From a virus (lineage: Duplodnaviria; Caudoviricetes): a DNA stretch of 64,000 bases. The notes under the pieces are model-generated. The model saw nothing but the letters and a program-made list of their open reading frames with translations. It ran no database searches and was not told the origin of the DNA. Shown piece after piece: positions 34,877-43,686 of this stretch (position 1 is the stretch's first letter; each line of letters opens with the position of its first letter). The DNA lies in the IMG/VR virus record IMGVR_UViG_3300026493_000002. One strand, written 5' to 3'. Both the position numbers and the translations under genes were made by a program.

Positions 34877-35215
34877 TTACTTGAAGAAGTCCGCAGCCAC
34901 CAGCATGATGGTGCAGATGACGAGGCAGAATCCGAAGAACATGATGGATGCGCCCTGCGCGGTCTGTGCAGCCTTCGCCGCCACGTCACCGAGCTTCACG
35001 TACGGGAAGAGGACCTTCCGCAGGAAGTGGCTGATCAGGGCGATGGCGAACAGGAAGCCGAACACGTACTTCACGACCAGCAGCGCGCTCCAGTCCGGTG
35101 CGAAGCACAGGATGCAGGCGAGGATGAGCGGGATGGTACGGAAGAACTCCTTGGTGAACCAGCGGCTGTTGGTGAGGTCGAAGTTCTTGATGAACTCCCG
35201 GATACGATCAAACAT
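34877..35215 (-). CDS. Putative holin (three hydrophobic segments)
   Basis: 112 aa, three TM-like stretches, immediately upstream of the transglycosylase. Confidence 0.6.
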   Translation of the reverse strand: MFDRIREFIKNFDLTNSRWFTKEFFRTIPLILACILCFAPDWSALLVVKYVFGFLFAIALISHFLRKVLFPYVKLGDVAAKAAQTAQGASIMFFGFCLVICTIMLVAADFFK

Positions 35216-35263
35216 GGGTCTGCCCCTTGGCGTGGTTGGTGAAAGCCCTTTCGGACTGGTTAT

Positions 35264-35273
35264 AAATTACGTT
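35264..35273 (-). promoter_or_regulatory. Candidate late-promoter motif AACGTAATTT
   Basis: Intergenic, upstream of the holin-like gene. Confidence 0.5.
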
Positions 35274-35280
35274 TCCCGGA

Positions 35281-35904
35281 TTAGATCCCGGATGCGTTCT
35301 TCACGATGGTCGGGTTGAGGTTGATGACCAGGTTCAGGCCGGTGTTGGTGATGACAGTGCGCTTGACACGCGAGCCCACACGTGGCGCCTCGACTTCATA
35401 GCCATTCGAGGAACTCGGGATGACGGTATCATCGTCACCAAGCACCGCGCGGAAGCCATCTTCCGAACGCGACGAGAACTTGAAGTAGCTGTCGAACGAT
35501 ACCTGCAGGTCCAACGTAATGTCGGACACGCGCTGCGACGATCCGTCTTCCGGAGGATTGTCATCCGAAGGAGTCACGTAGCTCTGCGTGGAAGGTTTCG
35601 TGTCGTACACAGGTAGCAGACGAGAGTCCATCTTCTGCGTGCCGATATCACGTATGGCCATAACCGGAAGTGAGGCCCGCGTCATGTAGCAGCACGCGGG
35701 ATTGATCTTGGTGGCACCAACCACACGCACCTCGAGTACGCGACGATCCAGTGGCTTGTTCGATACCGGAAGACCTTTCGAGAAGAGTCCCGGCATCTGG
35801 ACACGATTCTGTGCAGAAGGCGTCCTGTCATACACTGGAAGGTTGCGCTGGTCAATGTTCATCCCGCCGTCGTTACGGCTGAGGCGTACAATCAACTCGG
35901 GCAT
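35281..35904 (-). CDS. Hypothetical protein with duplicated LPVYD..PS.Q motif
   Basis: LPVYDRTPSAQ and LPVYDTKPSTQ; SD aggag. Confidence 0.6.
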   Translation of the reverse strand: MPELIVRLSRNDGGMNIDQRNLPVYDRTPSAQNRVQMPGLFSKGLPVSNKPLDRRVLEVRVVGATKINPACCYMTRASLPVMAIRDIGTQKMDSRLLPVYDTKPSTQSYVTPSDDNPPEDGSSQRVSDITLDLQVSFDSYFKFSSRSEDGFRAVLGDDDTVIPSSSNGYEVEAPRVGSRVKRTVITNTGLNLVINLNPTIVKNASGI

Positions 35905-35915
35905 TGTCCTTCTCC

Positions 35916-37742
35916 TTACTGCAGGTAGGCATCCACGTTGACGTTGCCGCTGCCGTTGATGAAGATTTTGATGCGCGTTGCAGCCGTTGCCGAACTGACG
36001 AGGGTCCGCTGCACGGTGCCGTCATCGAACGTCGCGCCCTTCAACACTACACGCATGGAGCGCGAAATGCGATCGCCCGCGAAGCTGTAGGCGTTCAGGT
36101 CCACGTCCTGCTCGACGGTGCTGCCCGAGTAGTTGATCGACACCGGATTGCCGACATACGTGACCTCGACGGTGGCGCTCAGGTCGAGATTGAACACGTA
36201 CACCTTGCAGTCCACGTCCTCGACCCAGATCTGGCCAGAGGTGTCGAGGTGCAGGCGCGTGATGCCGGACGGGATACCGCGATACTGCGACACGGTGTAG
36301 CCCTTGGTCGTCGCGTTCCACGTCAGGATACCGAAGCCGGACGCGTTGTACACGATCAGGGTTTTGCCGTCGGCGCTCGCGGTGAACTGCGAGAGGATCA
36401 CACCGTAGCCGAACGCATCGCTGTAGTGCTTCACGTAGGTCAGCTTCGACGGGTCGGTCGCGTCGATCTTGAAGACGACCAGCTGGTGACGCGCAACCGG
36501 AGTGTAGGATTCGGTGTCACGGGTCAGGATGCCGTTGTTGTGGCCGTAGCAGACCAAGAAGTCATCCGTGCCGTCCTTCACCAGCCACGAAGAAATCTGA
36601 CCGCGCGTGGTAGTGGCATCCACGTCGCCAGGAGCCAGCAGAGTCAGACCAGCCGGCAGGCCAGTGATCGTACAGGTTGCCATGTTGACTTCGGGGTTGT
36701 AAGTCGTACCCGTACTCAGGACTGCAGGCAGATTCTTCGGCAGAACCATCATGCGGATCTGATACGTGTCATCTGCTGGGATGGTGTCAGGCATGTAATA
36801 CACGCCCTCGACGTCCAGACCAACCGGCGACTTTGCCAGCAGCCCAGTAGGTGCACCAAACGTATAGCGCAAGGTGGTCGTCGGCTGATAGAAACGAGTC
36901 GGTGCGATCTGACCAGTCTGCGGATCAAACGCGAAGTAGCGAATGGCCTGTTGACTGATAGAAAGAAAGCTGTTCCACAGGATCGGATACACGACGAAGA
37001 TCAAACGACCGTCGCCCAGCGTGGTCAGGTAGCGGAAGGCCTTGTTCGTCATGAACGCATCCGCGCCGCCGTTCGCAACCGAGGACTGACTGGAGTTCTG
37101 GGACATTGCGGCATGATTTGCCCAGATGTTGAACATGGACCACGCCCACGTCGTCTTGTCCACGTTGAGGATTCGCATACGCTGAGCCAAATCCGTGGTC
37201 GTGGTCGTAGCGCCACTAGGCGCGTATGCGACGGACATACGAACGTACACGAAGAACGTGGTTGCGTTCTCAGCGATGATCTGCGCGTGTTCGATGAAGT
37301 TCCACTGGTCCTGCTGGCGGTAGAAGTTGCCGGCGACGCGTGGAATGGTGCTCTTGAACGCTACGTCGTTGGCGTCGGTAACCTGACAGATGGAGTCGGT
37401 CACCATGACGAACTTCTGGCCAGCAGTCGGGCCCGACGTCGAAGTGAACACACCGCCGGCAGGTCCCATGCCTAGCAGGAACTGCGCACCGGCAAGATGC
37501 ACACCCATGTTCTGGTCGATGTTGAGGAACTTGGCGCTGTCGCGGATGATGGTGCCGCCTGCGCCCTTGAGACTGAGCGCAGAGGATTCAAAGGGGACAG
37601 GGCATGGGTTGGCACGGTCGAAGCCAACAGGAGTCATATCGCGCCTGGCGAGTTGACCACCGAACAGGTAGTTGTCACCCAGATCGACGATGTTGCGCAG
37701 TACGGACGGCAGCTTGTATTGGGCGCGGGGAAGGGAAGCCAT
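35916..37742 (-). CDS. Beta-rich putative virion/receptor-binding protein
   Basis: T/S/G-rich, propeller-like C-half, located in the structural operon. Confidence 0.6.
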   Translation of the reverse strand: MASLPRAQYKLPSVLRNIVDLGDNYLFGGQLARRDMTPVGFDRANPCPVPFESSALSLKGAGGTIIRDSAKFLNIDQNMGVHLAGAQFLLGMGPAGGVFTSTSGPTAGQKFVMVTDSICQVTDANDVAFKSTIPRVAGNFYRQQDQWNFIEHAQIIAENATTFFVYVRMSVAYAPSGATTTTTDLAQRMRILNVDKTTWAWSMFNIWANHAAMSQNSSQSSVANGGADAFMTNKAFRYLTTLGDGRLIFVVYPILWNSFLSISQQAIRYFAFDPQTGQIAPTRFYQPTTTLRYTFGAPTGLLAKSPVGLDVEGVYYMPDTIPADDTYQIRMMVLPKNLPAVLSTGTTYNPEVNMATCTITGLPAGLTLLAPGDVDATTTRGQISSWLVKDGTDDFLVCYGHNNGILTRDTESYTPVARHQLVVFKIDATDPSKLTYVKHYSDAFGYGVILSQFTASADGKTLIVYNASGFGILTWNATTKGYTVSQYRGIPSGITRLHLDTSGQIWVEDVDCKVYVFNLDLSATVEVTYVGNPVSINYSGSTVEQDVDLNAYSFAGDRISRSMRVVLKGATFDDGTVQRTLVSSATAATRIKIFINGSGNVNVDAYLQ

Positions 37743-37750
37743 TGGTTACC

Positions 37751-38185
37751 TCACAGAACTTTGAAAGTGACCTCGAGACCCGGATCCGAGTCGAGGCGGT
37801 AAGATGCGTACGGCTGGGGAATGCTGATCGGCGTGTACTCTTTGTTGAGTTGCACCGTCTCCAGGGTTTCTTCACTTCCCTTGTCGACCAGCAACAGGGT
37901 CTTCGCCTCCTGCTGCGGCTTGTACACCAGTGCAGACAGGATAAGACCGTCACCGACATGGTTCGCAACGTCGATGACCTGATAAGTGTCCGTGTCCAGC
38001 GTGATCGTCTTGACGGAAGAACCGCCATCACTGCCGACAGGCTTCCATTCACCGTTTGAGCCCACATACAGACCAGGAGCAAAGTCTCCGGACTGCTGAC
38101 TGAGGAACACGATCTTTGCCGTGTCACTGGCGGGCGGCTGCGGAAGAACCGCAACGGGAACGAACGTAAGGCTATCGTGAAGCAT
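37751..38185 (-). CDS. Putative virion protein sharing the MLxDSLT N-module with the 40801 product
   Basis: MLHDSLTF...GDFAPGLYV..NGEW versus MLTDSLTY...GDFEPGLYT..GTEW. Confidence 0.65.
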   Translation of the reverse strand: MLHDSLTFVPVAVLPQPPASDTAKIVFLSQQSGDFAPGLYVGSNGEWKPVGSDGGSSVKTITLDTDTYQVIDVANHVGDGLILSALVYKPQQEAKTLLLVDKGSEETLETVQLNKEYTPISIPQPYASYRLDSDPGLEVTFKVL

Positions 38186-38210
38186 GGCTGTCTCCTTTTG
38201 TGCTGATTAG

Positions 38211-38220
38211 AAATTACGAA
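38211..38220 (-). promoter_or_regulatory. Candidate late-promoter motif TTCGTAATTT
   Basis: 25 nt upstream of ATG 38185, just downstream of a terminator. Confidence 0.6.
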
Positions 38221-38240
38221 CTAGGGAGTAGCCACAAGCG

Positions 38241-38273
38241 AAGGGCCGGCTGAGTTGAATGCCCAGCCGGCCC
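38241..38273 (-). terminator. Intrinsic terminator
   Basis: gggccggctg/cagccggccc 10-bp stem, T-containing tail on the minus strand. Confidence 0.7.
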
Positions 38274-38279
38274 GATGCG

Positions 38280-38498
38280 TTACAGCTTGTCGGTGTCGAG
38301 CACCACGTCCGGATCGTCGATCAGTTCCACCACCTCGAGGCCCTTGATGTTCACGGGTTCGCGGGTGGCGATGTAGTCGAGACCGTCGATGGTCGTGCGG
38401 TAATGATCCACGGTCATGACCGGATCACCAGTCACGAGGTAGTAGTTCAGGCCCGGATCGAAGTAGTTGTGGATGATGCTGCGTGCAACCTTTGCCAT
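38280..38498 (-). CDS. Small hypothetical protein
   Basis: SD aggag; in-operon. Confidence 0.65.
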   Translation of the reverse strand: MAKVARSIIHNYFDPGLNYYLVTGDPVMTVDHYRTTIDGLDYIATREPVNIKGLEVVELIDDPDVVLDTDKL

Positions 38499-38509
38499 GG
38501 TGACTCTCC

Positions 38510-38872
38510 TTACTCGCTAAAGGAAACGAAGTTGGCGTACTTCGAGTCCAAGTTGAGGTTCTGTTCAAAGCCCGCCGCGATGCCCTGATAGGTACTCAGT
38601 GCGTCGATGGAGAACTGTGGTGTGTTGGACGTGTCGCCGAAGCGGAAGAACTCCTTCACGTCGCCGGGTGCTGCGTTGCCCAGAGGGTTGTCGAAGATGC
38701 CCATGACGTTCTGGGTAGAACGGTACGGACTTTCGGCAATCACCTGTTCACGCTTTACACTCTGCATCCCAGAAATGTCGTACTGGATGTTGATACGACC
38801 GTACTCGGGATACGCAACGAGAGTGGCCATCTTCTGCTCGCGGATGCCCTCGACGAGACCAAGATCAGCCAT
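38510..38872 (-). CDS. Hypothetical protein following paralogue 5
   Basis: Tightly spaced in operon, strong codon bias. Confidence 0.65.
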   Translation of the reverse strand: MADLGLVEGIREQKMATLVAYPEYGRINIQYDISGMQSVKREQVIAESPYRSTQNVMGIFDNPLGNAAPGDVKEFFRFGDTSNTPQFSIDALSTYQGIAAGFEQNLNLDSKYANFVSFSE

Positions 38873-38878
38873 GAGTGC

Positions 38879-39817
38879 TTACTCCGGAATGGCGAAGCGG
38901 CCGCCGCCAGTTGTTGCCAGGATGTAATGGTTGCGGGTCTCGACGCCGTTCGGATCGTAGAAGCCGTTTGCATCGACGCGCATACGGATCTTGTCCATGT
39001 TGGCGCCGGTGTTCAGCGACAGCAGCTTGAGACCGTACACACGTCCACGAATCAACTGCTGGTTGTAGTCCACGCTGTACGGCGTGAAGGCCATCGGATA
39101 GCCCGACGACGACAGCTTGTTGGGCCCACTCGGCAGGCAGTTCAGCAGGCTGGCTGCGAAGCTGCGGGTCTGACCTGCGATGGTCGTGATACCCTGCGAG
39201 TTGCTGGCGCTCTGACCAGTTGCACCAGTCACAGCCTGACGCGGGAACGACAGGCAATGCGGCAGTTTGTCCGACGTGTTGTAGGTGTTCGACGTGACGG
39301 CGAGCATCATGGCGCCCTGCGCGAGCGCGAACAGCGGGAACTGACCGGCAACTTCTTCCGGATTGTCCTTGCTGATTTCCACGCAGCCGACGAAGGCCTG
39401 ACCGATAGAGGCGCCCCAGGTTTCATCGGCACGTCGCACGGTCACGATTGCGTATCGCGCGCTGCCGAAGACGAACACGGTGCTGCCCGCGGCGGCACCA
39501 ACGTCCATCGCCATGTACTGGGCGTTCGCACCCCACGCGAAGGAGATATTGGTCAGCGCCGTGCCGTTCCAGCCTTCGCCGACGTTGAAGGCGATGTTGT
39601 TGCCGGAGGCGAAGATGTTGAGGAACTTGTACGTCACGCCGTCCACACACGGAGCGCGCAGGACGTAGTTACCGGAAGCAGGCGTTGCCGCGACTTCTTC
39701 CCAGCCCATGGACGTCAGTGCGTTCTTGATGGCGGCAGCGACCTCATTGGTCGTGGAGTTGGGTGCGACGGACAGAGCTTGCGAACGCTCACCCAACGGA
39801 TTTACGGTGACAGTCAT
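38879..39817 (-). CDS. Putative fibre/virion protein, paralogue family member 5
   Basis: EISKDN..EV.G, FTPY, RGRVYGLK, C-terminal RFAIPE. Confidence 0.75.
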   Translation of the reverse strand: MTVTVNPLGERSQALSVAPNSTTNEVAAAIKNALTSMGWEEVAATPASGNYVLRAPCVDGVTYKFLNIFASGNNIAFNVGEGWNGTALTNISFAWGANAQYMAMDVGAAAGSTVFVFGSARYAIVTVRRADETWGASIGQAFVGCVEISKDNPEEVAGQFPLFALAQGAMMLAVTSNTYNTSDKLPHCLSFPRQAVTGATGQSASNSQGITTIAGQTRSFAASLLNCLPSGPNKLSSSGYPMAFTPYSVDYNQQLIRGRVYGLKLLSLNTGANMDKIRMRVDANGFYDPNGVETRNHYILATTGGGRFAIPE

Positions 39818-39835
39818 CTTGAACTCCTGTTGGGA

Positions 39836-40786
39836 TTAAGCCGGAATGGCGAAGCGGGCACCCAGCGCACTCTCGGTGAGGACGTAGTGCTTGGTGTCCA
39901 CGCCAGTCGGCGAGTAGAACTGGTTGCTGTCGCACTTGATATCCACGGTGTCGAGCATGGAGCCGATGTTCTTGCCCATGAGCTTGATGCCGTAGAAGCG
40001 GCCACGCACGTTGAAGTTCGCAGCGGTGCCGAAGCCCGAACTTACCGCATACGGCGTGAAGGCAAACAGGTTGCCTGCGGCAGAGAGCGGATTGGGCACG
40101 GCCGGCAGCTGGTCAGCGAGACGTGCGCTTGCCGACTGGGACGACGTACTGCCAGCAATGGTCGTAACCGTGTTCGATGCCGAGGCGTTCACTGCGGTCT
40201 GCCCACTGATGGTACGCGGATAGGAGAAGCAATGCAGCGCCGATGCGGAAGTGCACAGACTGCCGACGAAGCCCGGACCACATGCCCATGCGGCAATCGG
40301 GTTGGCGCCGTCAACCTCATCAGCGTTGTCCTTGCTGATCTCCAGCACGCCAGTCCAGGACAGACCGGTTGCTGCTCCGAACACGCCGTCCGAAGTACGC
40401 GACAGCATGATGAAGTAGCGGGCAGTGACGAACAGGAACATGCTGCCGCCGGATGCGAGCGTCAGACGCTGCCAGTAAGCAGCAGTAGTACCGAAGTTCG
40501 CAGCGTTGGTGCCAGTCGAAGTCGTTTCGTTCCACGACTCCCAGACCTGCATCTGGATGGAACCGTTGCTCGACGTAGAGTACGCCAGTTCGAGGTACTT
40601 GAAGCCCACGCCGTCCGCGTTGCGGGCACGCAGCACCAGACGCTGACCAGTAACCTGATGGTGTACCGTCCAGCCATGTGCAACTGCGAAGACGCGGATG
40701 GCGGCGAGGATTTCGTCAGCCGTGGAGCCTGCGGTGTAAGCAACAACGCCCGAGTTCGGCCCGAGCGTGGTAGTGGTGATAGCCAT
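39836..40786 (-). CDS. Putative fibre/virion protein, paralogue family member 4
   Basis: EISKDN..EV.G, FTPY, RGRFYGIK, C-terminal RFAIPA. Confidence 0.75.
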   Translation of the reverse strand: MAITTTTLGPNSGVVAYTAGSTADEILAAIRVFAVAHGWTVHHQVTGQRLVLRARNADGVGFKYLELAYSTSSNGSIQMQVWESWNETTSTGTNAANFGTTAAYWQRLTLASGGSMFLFVTARYFIMLSRTSDGVFGAATGLSWTGVLEISKDNADEVDGANPIAAWACGPGFVGSLCTSASALHCFSYPRTISGQTAVNASASNTVTTIAGSTSSQSASARLADQLPAVPNPLSAAGNLFAFTPYAVSSGFGTAANFNVRGRFYGIKLMGKNIGSMLDTVDIKCDSNQFYSPTGVDTKHYVLTESALGARFAIPA

Positions 40787-40800
40787 GAATCAGTCTCCTG

Positions 40801-42246
40801 TTAGCCGACGTCGGCGATGTAGTCAATGCGGACGCTCAGGTCCTTGCCGTCACCAGCCAGAACTGCCAGCGTGATGTAATCGGTGGTCAGCAGACCCACG
40901 TCGAGTGCGGCCTGACCCGATTCGTGTGCGCCGATGGCAATAGTCGGCTTGTCCGTCGGGAACATCGTGGCGCCGTTCTTCTTCACGTCCACCTGTACGG
41001 CAGTCATGTTCGGAGCAACGTCGATGAAGGCCCGCACACCCTGGATCTTGCACTTGAACGGAGGGTACCAGCGCACGCCGGTCGTGAACTGAACCACGTC
41101 ACCCGGAATGGACGCGTAGATCGAACGCGGCATGGGTGCAACCGAGGACACCTGCTGGTCAACGTAGGTCTTGTTCGCTGCCTGATTGGGCAACGTCGGT
41201 GCAGCAGCCAGACCGAGTGGGCCAGTGAGGTCACCGCCAGTCTTGGACAGACGCGCATCCAGCTGGGCCTGCACCGGAGAGGTCACGCCAGAGAGGCGAC
41301 CCATTTCGGCAGCAGTCACGTCGCTGACCGCGACCTTGCCCTGTGCGTTGGAAATCAGCGCGCGATTGGCTTCGACGTTGGTGCCCACGATGGTGGATGC
41401 GGCGCCGTTGACCTTGTCCTGCTTCTTCGCCATCTCGGTAGCGAAGTTGTCGTTCAGGTCGATCAGGTTCTCCAGATCAGCCAGCGACATATCCGAAGCA
41501 GCGACCTTGCCCTGTGCGTTGGAAATCAGCACACGGCTGGCCAGCAGGTTGTTCTCGGTGATCGAACTCGCACCGCCGGTAATCAGCTTCTGACCGTCGT
41601 TGATGCCGAAGCCTTCGAGGGTCGTCGGGTTGCTACCCGCCGTCGCACGGCCATGACGGTCGAACGTCACGACGCGGTACGTACCAGGCTGGATGCCCGA
41701 GTTGTCCAACGCGATGGAGTCACCAACGCGCGTCAGACCAGCACCGATCTGGATCTGGCCATTGCCGCTGAACACGGCGAAGTTCAGAGGACTGGTGTCG
41801 AGGTCGATGGGCAGACCCGTCGAGACCAAGTACCAAATGGTGTTGGCGAAGTTCTCACCTGCGACGATGAACACCATCATGCCCGGCTTGACCTTGGCAT
41901 TGGTGTTCGCAATCGGGGATCGCTGCCATGCGCCCGAGTTGACGCGGTACACACCGTTCTCGGACGGGTCATCCTGGTTCTTCAACAGAATGTCGTCGCC
42001 CGCAACCAGTGCAACGCCTTCGACGATCTGGAGACCGGAACGAATGACAGGCTCGGTGGTGGTGCAGCGAACGTTGATCAGGGCCGCACCGCTGACGGTG
42101 TTGCCCGATACCCATTCGGTGCCGGAGTAGGTGTACAGACCGGGCTCGAAGTCGCCGATCTGTACCGAGAGATAGAAGGTCAGACCACGACTCGGGTTCT
42201 CCGGGAAGAAGTCTGCCTCCAGATAGGTAAGGCTGTCAGTCAACAT
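40801..42246 (-). CDS. Tail fibre-like protein with internal 57-aa duplication and jelly-roll-like tip
   Basis: GD.ILLKNQ..PSENGVY fibre motif, GTY..VT.D..GR.T.G, AANKTYVD; 30-bp exact repeat at 41330-41359 and 41501-41530. Confidence 0.8.
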   Translation of the reverse strand: MLTDSLTYLEADFFPENPSRGLTFYLSVQIGDFEPGLYTYSGTEWVSGNTVSGAALINVRCTTTEPVIRSGLQIVEGVALVAGDDILLKNQDDPSENGVYRVNSGAWQRSPIANTNAKVKPGMMVFIVAGENFANTIWYLVSTGLPIDLDTSPLNFAVFSGNGQIQIGAGLTRVGDSIALDNSGIQPGTYRVVTFDRHGRATAGSNPTTLEGFGINDGQKLITGGASSITENNLLASRVLISNAQGKVAASDMSLADLENLIDLNDNFATEMAKKQDKVNGAASTIVGTNVEANRALISNAQGKVAVSDVTAAEMGRLSGVTSPVQAQLDARLSKTGGDLTGPLGLAAAPTLPNQAANKTYVDQQVSSVAPMPRSIYASIPGDVVQFTTGVRWYPPFKCKIQGVRAFIDVAPNMTAVQVDVKKNGATMFPTDKPTIAIGAHESGQAALDVGLLTTDYITLAVLAGDGKDLSVRIDYIADVG

Positions 42247-42271
42247 TGAGCGTGTCTCCTATGGACGTGAA

Positions 42272-42733
42272 TCACATCGACGTCCAGGTGTAGTTCGGTT
42301 TGCCCTTCATGCGGTTGAACGCGTCAAGGCCCATTGCCTTGTAGTTCTGACTCTCCACGTTGGGCGGCAGTGGCGTCGGCCATACCTTGAGATCACCGTA
42401 GCGCATACCACGCATGGTGTAGGACGCAACCTGAGCAGGCACGCTCGTATCCTGATCTTGAGCAGACGTGAAGGTCAAGCCCAGAATCGGATAGAAGAAG
42501 TTGGACCTGTAGGCGAAGCGCAGAGCAGTGCCCGTCTTCGCGAGGTCGTAATTCTCGTGCGTCTGGTCGATCAACGGCGCGACGTTACCCATGCGCCGAT
42601 GACCGATGCCCCAGAAGGCCTGCGGGTTGGTGATGATCTCCAGATCCGGAGGCGTGTACAGATCCGCTGTCTGTGCCACGCCCGAGAATCCACCGGGTAC
42701 GCCGACCTGTGAACCGTTGGCCAGCTTTGCCAT
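42272..42733 (-). CDS. Hypothetical protein following paralogue 3
   Basis: SD aaggag; in-operon. Confidence 0.65.
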   Translation of the reverse strand: MAKLANGSQVGVPGGFSGVAQTADLYTPPDLEIITNPQAFWGIGHRRMGNVAPLIDQTHENYDLAKTGTALRFAYRSNFFYPILGLTFTSAQDQDTSVPAQVASYTMRGMRYGDLKVWPTPLPPNVESQNYKAMGLDAFNRMKGKPNYTWTSM

Positions 42734-42744
42734 GTGGTATCTCC

Positions 42745-43677
42745 TTAGGCCGGGATTGCGAAGCGCACGCCGTCGGCCGCACCGAGGATGAAGTGATCGG
42801 CGTCGGTACCATTCGGATCGAAGAACAGACTGACGTCGGTCTTGATAACGATCTTGTCCAGCGGCGCACCCAGATTGCGGGTCAGCACCTTGAGGCCGAA
42901 GAAGCGGCCACGCACGTGGGCAGCGACGTTTGCGTAACCCACGGTAGCGAGCGCGTACGGCGTCATCACGAACGAGGTGGCGTTGGCATCAATCGGGTTG
43001 GGCGCGATCGGCAACTGGCTGTAGAGCATCACGGTGGAGCTGGACGACGAACCGAACACCGTGCCGACACTGTTGGGCTGCTGGCTGTCGGTGTCCGCGT
43101 ACGCCGTCTTGCCGAATGCACGCGGCAGGTTGAAGCAGTTGGTGTTCGACGACGCAGCGAGACGGCCGACCGCACGATGACCGCCGGTCCATGCGAACAG
43201 CGGATAGGCACCGGCGACTTCTGCTGCATTGTCCTTGCTGATTTCCAGCACGCCGTCCCAGGAGTTGCCGGTCGCGCCGCCGAGGTCAGCGGTGTTGATG
43301 CGGCTGTACATCAACATGTAACGGGCGGTGGCGAAGACGTACAAGTAGCCGCCGAATGCCAGCGACAGGCGCTGACGTTCCACAGCAGGAGCGATGATGC
43401 CCAGGCCGGAGACAGCCTTGGTGTCGTTGTTCCAAAGCTCGAACGGCTCGATGGTGATATCGGCAGTACCGATCGTGAGACGGACGTACTTGTAGTTCAC
43501 GCCATCGGCCATCAGCGCGCGCAGGATGGTGATGGTCGTCGAGGGATCGTGGATCGACTCCCAGCCGCGCGTGGCCAGAACCGCTTTCAGGGCGGTCATC
43601 AACTCGGCCTGCGTGGCATTGATCGAGTAGTTGATGACGGCACTGTTGGTGCCGAGGGAGGTAGTGCGAGTGGTCAT
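42745..43677 (-). CDS. Putative fibre/virion protein, paralogue family member 3
   Basis: EISKDN..EVAG, MTPY, RGRFFGLK, C-terminal RFAIPA. Confidence 0.75.
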   Translation of the reverse strand: MTTRTTSLGTNSAVINYSINATQAELMTALKAVLATRGWESIHDPSTTITILRALMADGVNYKYVRLTIGTADITIEPFELWNNDTKAVSGLGIIAPAVERQRLSLAFGGYLYVFATARYMLMYSRINTADLGGATGNSWDGVLEISKDNAAEVAGAYPLFAWTGGHRAVGRLAASSNTNCFNLPRAFGKTAYADTDSQQPNSVGTVFGSSSSSTVMLYSQLPIAPNPIDANATSFVMTPYALATVGYANVAAHVRGRFFGLKVLTRNLGAPLDKIVIKTDVSLFFDPNGTDADHFILGAADGVRFAIPA

Positions 43678-43686
43678 GGCAGGTCC

